Assembly: GCA_025201805.1 (NCBI GenBank)
Contig: MU619290.1
Span: 1-57,082, forward strand
Direction: 5' to 3'
Source: Parasitella parasitica NRRL 2501
Lineage: Eukaryota; Fungi; Mucoromycota
DNA: 57,082 nt
The notes beneath the pieces are model-generated. The model ran no database searches, was not told the origin of the DNA, and saw only the letters and a program-made list of their open reading frames with translations. The translations under genes and the position numbers were made by a program. Below are positions 54,347 to 57,082 of the stretch, piece by piece (within the stretch, counting starts at the first letter, position 1; every line of letters begins with the position of its first letter).

Positions 54347-56236
54347 ATGACAACTAAACGACATTTAAATGATGCACAGTCTTCCAAAAGCAAACGGCAT
54401 CAGGATTCGGCACCATCTCCTATATTCAATTACATGAAAAATCATCATACGTTCCAAACTTTTGATACAAAAGAGTTTCTTTGCTTGTTGAACTGTGACA
54501 CTCGCGAATCAGCTAAATTGGAAACTCAAAACCAGCTCGAAAGCATCCTGCAAGTCAAGAAAGTGAAGGATGACATCAGGTTATTTGTCGCGAATCTACT
54601 CAATGGTGATATGAAATTTCTATCGGATCCAAGGGCTGAAATTTACTGGATGGAGAAGAGAAATGCGTTCGAGACAGTGACTAATGCACACAAGCAATTG
54701 GGGGTATACAATGCAGTGTCGTCGTCTGTTTCAACTCAGGCACTGAAGGTAAATCACAATTGATCATTCCACCACAATGGTCCTTTTAACATCTTCATTT
54801 CCATTAGGAATCACAGAACAATGAGCCTGCTGCTGCGGTTAATACACCTCCAAGACGTGCTTCTCCACCTCTCTTTGAAAACATCTGGACCATTTGGAGC
54901 GATTTGCTGAATGTTATATTAACTGACGACCACGAAGATCAAGACATTCATGAGTTTAGGTATGAGATGGGCCTAGATTTTTTTTTTGTATTGGACTAAC
55001 ATGTTCGAATATAATAGCTTGGAGTACTTGGGTATCATAACACTCGGCAATCATATTGGTAACAGGCAATCAAGAGAAATGTATCCAAAGGAGCTGGTAG
55101 CAGAGACAAACAAGATGATGAAGCCTCCGGTCGTGGACATCTTTCACAAGTACGAAGCGTTTTATTCCCCACTATTTGATGCTCTGGTATGTCACCCTGC
55201 AATTACACTTTGAATATTAGCCAACTTGATTATGTAAGTAGGTCACTTCACTAGATGCTTGCCATACATTGCTTCTCAAGAATGCTCTAAGAGTCAAAAA
55301 CACTCGGGATCCCGCTCTGCAGTTTGGCTTTGATTGCTTCGTTATCTTGTAAGTGCATAACAATTTGTATTCCCTGTTTGGCCGTCTAACTTTCTCTTGT
55401 TGTGCACAGTGTCACTCAGGTCATCAAATACAAAAATCTCCTCTCCAAGCAAGAAGCTATATTCAACTATCGAGTCATGTTTCCAATGTTTGATGCTGTT
55501 GTTTCATGCCTACCCCATTGCGTATTCTATCCAGGCGAAACTAGACTGCAAGCAATCAACAACGAGTTACTGCGCTTGGGTCTCTCAACAAAAAGCTACT
55601 ATAATGCTGATGGCATTGTGTTGGATAATGCTTCTGGGTTCGAGCTGTGTTTGCTAGAGACGTCTGGGCCGTATGGACTGATGGATGAAGGAAGAGAAAC
55701 AACAGATCACATCAAGGCTGCATATGGGTTATTGTCAATGCTTCATACCGTTGCTCACAAGTTCATTCATGCCGATATTGAAGTTTTCAAGAAGCTCAAA
55801 GTCTGCTTTGTCCACGCCCATCAGAACCAAGTTCGTCTCTGGACCTTTAGTTTGGTCGGTCGTCACTTATACGCATTGACTAGAGTTGACAGCGCCATCA
55901 TCCCAACCTGTTACTCTGATACGTTTAAGGATGACTTCAAGCACTTCAGCCATCTGTTCTGGAGAATAAAGGTTTGCGACACCGAGATAATGATGTGCAT
56001 ATAGAATACGTACCTGACCTTTTCACACTTAGATGCTGACTGAGATTGCAAATGACTCGCTGAAGGAAATTGAAAGATCTCATGAAGAAGCTCGTGCTGC
56101 TGCCTCTGTCGATGTGCTACCTAGACTTGATGACTTTCTGATTGATGGTGTTGAAGTCAAGCTCTCCTCTCGTGTCACAAATGTTGAAGACATCTTCGTT
56201 TCCAGCTCGCCCGTGTTGCCCGACTCTTCTTTATAA
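54347..56236 (+). CDS. PD-(D/E)xK nuclease-like gene #3 (multi-exon)
   Basis: QEAIFNYRVMFP...FYPGE.RL...YNADGIV...FELCLLETSG...DHIKAAYG; canonical introns link ORFs 54347, 54986, 55402 and 56033. Confidence 0.72.
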
Positions 56237-56991
56237 AAAAAAACATGCATGAATATCCCCCTCTTCTCATACCATCTTATCCATTCTCTTTATGTATTGT
56301 ATTCAAAAAAAAAAAAAAAAGCAATTGTACATTTGTCCATCATCCAAAGTAAATATATAGATATCATTCAGTATAAATTTAGCAATCAAGCAAACGATCA
56401 GGAAAGCCAGAAATGATTTTAGGCTCAAATATAACTGATGTATTGTTATCCAACTCATTGAATTGAATGTGCTCTAAATACAGTCATATTGGCGCCAAAT
56501 GTTCCTTTATTTATGAAAGCATTTTGGCTGCCTTTATGTAATATGTAAGAGTAAGAGAAAGAAATGTATGTTCATCTGCGTTTTATTTAATAATAATGGA
56601 ATGCTAATATAGAGCAAACGACTCTCAAAATAAGGAAATCGTGTGCATGGTTGCTACAAAGAAGTACAAAGAGCCCTCCATCATTTCTGCAGTAAAAGGG
56701 GTTTAAGGAATACTGTTAAAATCCTTCTTTATTGAAAAATAATAGGATAATGTGCAATAAAATGTATATTCTACGTCTCTATTTAACATTAGATCTATGA
56801 TGGCATGACGGAATAAAGTACGTAATGGACGTTCCCTTTACAAAATGCACTACGCTGAGGTCACATCTTGAAATTTTCTCTTTTAAGCAAATTTGGGAAA
56901 CCAGCTCATTGACATTGATCTCAACCAACTCAATTTCTTAATGTCCTAGTCGAGCAAAGCACGCTCTACAACTTGGACTATAAATTCAATA

Positions 56992-57082
56992 TACAGTGCC
57001 TCCGGTGCCAATTTGCGCTTTTGAAAATTAGCTCGCGCAAATAAAAATCTCAATTGGCGTAAATCTGTAGGCCCAATTCGCG
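56992..57082 (+). mobile_element. Left end of another TIR element related to the 40.4/43.4-kb ends (truncated by window)
   Basis: TA|CAGTGCCTCC...AATTAGCTCG...ATCTCAATTGGCG parallels TA|CAGTGTCTCC...AATTAGCTCG...ATCTCAATTGGCG at 40361-40426. Confidence 0.7.

Overview
AT-rich, intron-rich eukaryotic DNA, most consistent with a Mucorales fungus (Mucor-like); one 10-N gap at 28306-28315. Host genes: ADP-ribosylglycohydrolase, zf-4CXXC/DDT-WHIM-like chromatin protein, Gin4/Hsl1/BRSK-type kinase, RBR E3 ligase, DcpS, Cch1 Ca2+ channel, Mak21/Noc1, Sfp1-like zinc finger, TM-SH3 protein, MerT-HMA fusion, 7TM-like protein and Pho84. Between them lie mobile DNAs: a split Tc1/mariner element (16.3-20.4 kb), a long-inverted-repeat element (40.2-43.6 kb), a MITE-like element, a decayed Fanzor (TnpB-like) gene with a candidate omegaRNA, and the end of another TIR element at the window edge. 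The most notable signal is an architecture seen three times: a divergent PD-(D/E)xK-nuclease-like gene with, about 195-235 bp upstream of its ATG, a ~180-195-nt hairpin-rich non-coding module. At two loci the module is tandemly repeated with nearly the same period (333 and 334 bp) although the sequences are not obviously alignable. This is a candidate mobile nuclease + structured-RNA system (RNA-guided or RNA-antitoxin type); that interpretation is inference and untested. All protein family calls rest on recalled motifs, not database searches, and exon boundaries were read by eye.
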